Source: Mustelus asterias (Eukaryota). Taken from it: a stretch of 64,000 nucleotides of DNA. Below, one piece after another: positions 61,683 through 64,000 of this stretch (positions are counted from its first letter, which is position 1; the number at the start of each line of letters is the position of its first letter). The notes under the pieces are model-generated. The model was not told where the DNA came from, did no database searches, and saw only the letters and a list, made by a program, of their open reading frames with translations. Position numbers and translations under genes: made by a program. The stretch covers positions 124,001 to 188,000 of the forward strand of contig NW_027590554.1 in NCBI RefSeq assembly GCF_964213995.1, in the 5' to 3' direction.

Positions 61683-61886
61683 CATGATGTGGAGATGCCG
61701 GCATTGGACTGGGATAGGCACAGTAAGAATTCTCACCACACCAGGTTAAATTCCAACAGGTTTATTTGGTAGCAAGAGCTTTCGGAGCGCAACTCCTTCA
61801 CTTGATGAAGGAGCAGAGCTCCGAAAGCTCGTGCCACCAAATAAACCTGTTGAACTCTAATGTGGTGTTTTGAGACTACTTACTGG
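61683..61886. mobile_element. Inverted pair of Penelope-like terminal repeats
   Basis: caacaggtttatttggtagcaagagctttcggagc..ctccttca followed by its inverse, tgatgaaggagcagagctccgaaagctcgtgccaccaaataaacctgttg. Confidence 0.75.
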
Positions 61887-62024
61887 ACTTTCAACTCAAT
61901 CATCAATAACATCATTCACAGCTGCACCTTGTTCCAAGTATTGTGAACCATTTTACTCAGGATTTAATCCTGGATTGATATTTTCTTCCTTTGTGTTCTC
62001 ATTTTGAAATGAGATTCACTTCAA

Positions 62025-64000
62025 TAGAAAATAGAACATAGAACATAGAACATTACAGCGCAGTACAGGCCCTTCGGCCCTCGATGTTGCGCCGACCAGT
62101 GGTACCAATATAAAGCCCCTCTAATCTACACTATTCCAATATCATCCATATGTTTATCCAATAACCACTTGAACGCTCTCAACGTTGACGAATCCAACAT
62201 TGCTGCAGGCAGGGCATTCCACGCCCTTACTACTCTCTGAGTAAAGAACCTACCTCGAACATCTGTCCTATATCTCTCACCCCTCACTTTAAAGCTATGT
62301 CCCCTCGTGCTAGCCAACACCATCCGAGGAAAAAGGTTCTCACTATGCACCCTATTTAATCCTCTGATCATCTTGTATGCCTCTATTAAGTCACCTCTTA
62401 ACCTTCTTCTCTCTAACGAAAACAACCTCAAGCCCCTCAGCCTTACTTCATACGATTTTCCCACCATGCCAAGCAACATCCCTGGTAAATCTCCTCTGCA
62501 CCCTTTCCAACGCTTCCACATCTTTCCTATAATTCGGCGATCAGAACTGTACGCAATACTCCAAATGCGGCCGCACCAGAGTTTTGTACAGTTGCAGCAT
62601 GACCTCCTGGCTCCGAAACTCAATCCCTCTACCAATAAAAGCTAACACACCGTACGCCTTCTTAACAACCCTATCAACCTGGGTGCCAACTTTCAGGGAT
62701 CTATGCACATGGACACCCAGATCCCTCTGTTCATCCACACTACCAAGTATCTTACCACTAGCCCAGTACTCTGTATTCCTGTTACTCCTTCCAAAGTGAA
62801 TCACCTCACACTTTTCCGCATTAAACTCCATTTGCCACCTCTCAACCCAGCTCTGCAGCTTATCTATGTCCCTCTGTAACCTGCCACTTCCCTCCGCACT
62901 GTCTACAACTCCACCGACTTTAGTGTCATCCGCAAATTTACTAATCCATCCTTCCATGCCCTCATCCAAGTCATTAATAAAAATGACAAACAGCAGTGGC
63001 CCCAAAACAGATCCTTGCGGTACACCACCAGTAACTGAACTCCAGGATGAATATTTCCCATCAACCACCACCCTTTGTTTTCTTACAGCTAGCCAATTCC
63101 TGATCCAAACCACTAAATCACCCTCAATCCCATGTGTCCGTACTTTCTGCAAAAACTTACCATGGGGAAACTTATCAAACGCTTTGCTGAAATCCATATA
63201 CACCACATCAACCGCTTTACCCTCATCCACCTCTTTGATCACCTTCTCAAAGAACTCAATAAGGTTTGTGAGGCACGACCTACCCTTCACAAAACCGTGC
63301 TGACTATCCCTAATCAAATTATTCCTTTCTAGGTGATTATAAATCCTATCTCTTATAATCCTTTCCAATACTTTGCCCACAACAGAAGTAAGGCTCACCG
63401 GTCTATAATTACCAGGGTTGTCCCTATTCCCCTCCTTGAACAAGGGGACAACATTTGCTATCCTCCAGTCTTCTGGCACTGTTCCTGTAGACAATGACGA
63501 CACAAAGATCAAAGCCAAAGGCTCTGCAATCTCCTCTCTAACCTCCCAGAGAATCCTAGGAGAAATGCCATCCGGCCCAGGGGACTTATCTATTTTTACC
63601 CTTTCCAGAATTGCTAACACCTCCTCCTTATGAACATCAATCCCATCCAGTCCAACAGCCTGCATCTCAGTACTCCCCTCAACAACACTGTCCCTCTCCA
63701 GTGTGAATACCGACGAGAAATATTCATTTAGTGCCTCTCCTATCTCTTCAGACTCCACGCACAACTTCCCCCTCCTGTCCTTGACTGGCCCTAATCTTAC
63801 CCTAGTCATTCTTTTACTCCTGACATACCGATAGAAAGCTTTAGGGTTTTCCTTGATCCTACCTGCGAAAGATGTCTCATGTCCCCTCCTGGCTCTTCTT
63901 AACTCTTTCTTTCGGTCCTTCCTGGCTAACTTGTAACTCTCAAGCGCCCTAACTGAGCCTTCACGTCTCATCTTAACATAAGTCTCCTTCTTCCTCTTCA
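62025..64000 (-). mobile_element. CR1 LINE ORF2 (RT), with a stop and a frameshift near the C-terminus; runs off the window
   Basis: ORFs 62541-63971 and 62126-62635; (tgttcta)n tail. Confidence 0.96.

Overview
Eukaryotic genomic DNA, most likely from a shark/elasmobranch (HE1-like tRNA-SINEs, HER1/CR1 LINEs, Penelope remnants, a GPR139-like receptor). 1-20 kb holds T-cell receptor alpha/delta-type V segments in mixed orientation: one intact leader+V+23-RSS gene, five pseudogenes and one fragment, with CRE/CCAAT promoter motifs and several CTCF-consensus sites. 20-30 kb holds a C2H2 zinc-finger relic, a Penelope GIY-YIG remnant, a 172-N gap and an intact two-exon GPR139-like 7TM gene. 30-59 kb is a decayed tRNA cluster (Gln, Lys, Pro, Leu, Glu, Val, Thr), partly arranged as a large inverted duplication, heavily invaded by CR1 LINEs and carrying a solo LTR with a 4-bp TSD. 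Two tRNA-Pro(TGG) copies have an 18-nt intron at the canonical 37/38 position. The most unusual feature is at 59.8-61.0 kb: three tandem ~310-330 bp elements headed by U2 snRNA nt 1-39/40. Each has a second internal U2-derived module, hairpins and an A-rich tail, and they are separated by repeats of one target sequence (GAGGAGAAT) inside a CR1 relic. This looks like a U2-headed, possibly site-specific SINE family. All calls come from reading the sequence by eye; no database searches were run, and repeat boundaries are approximate.
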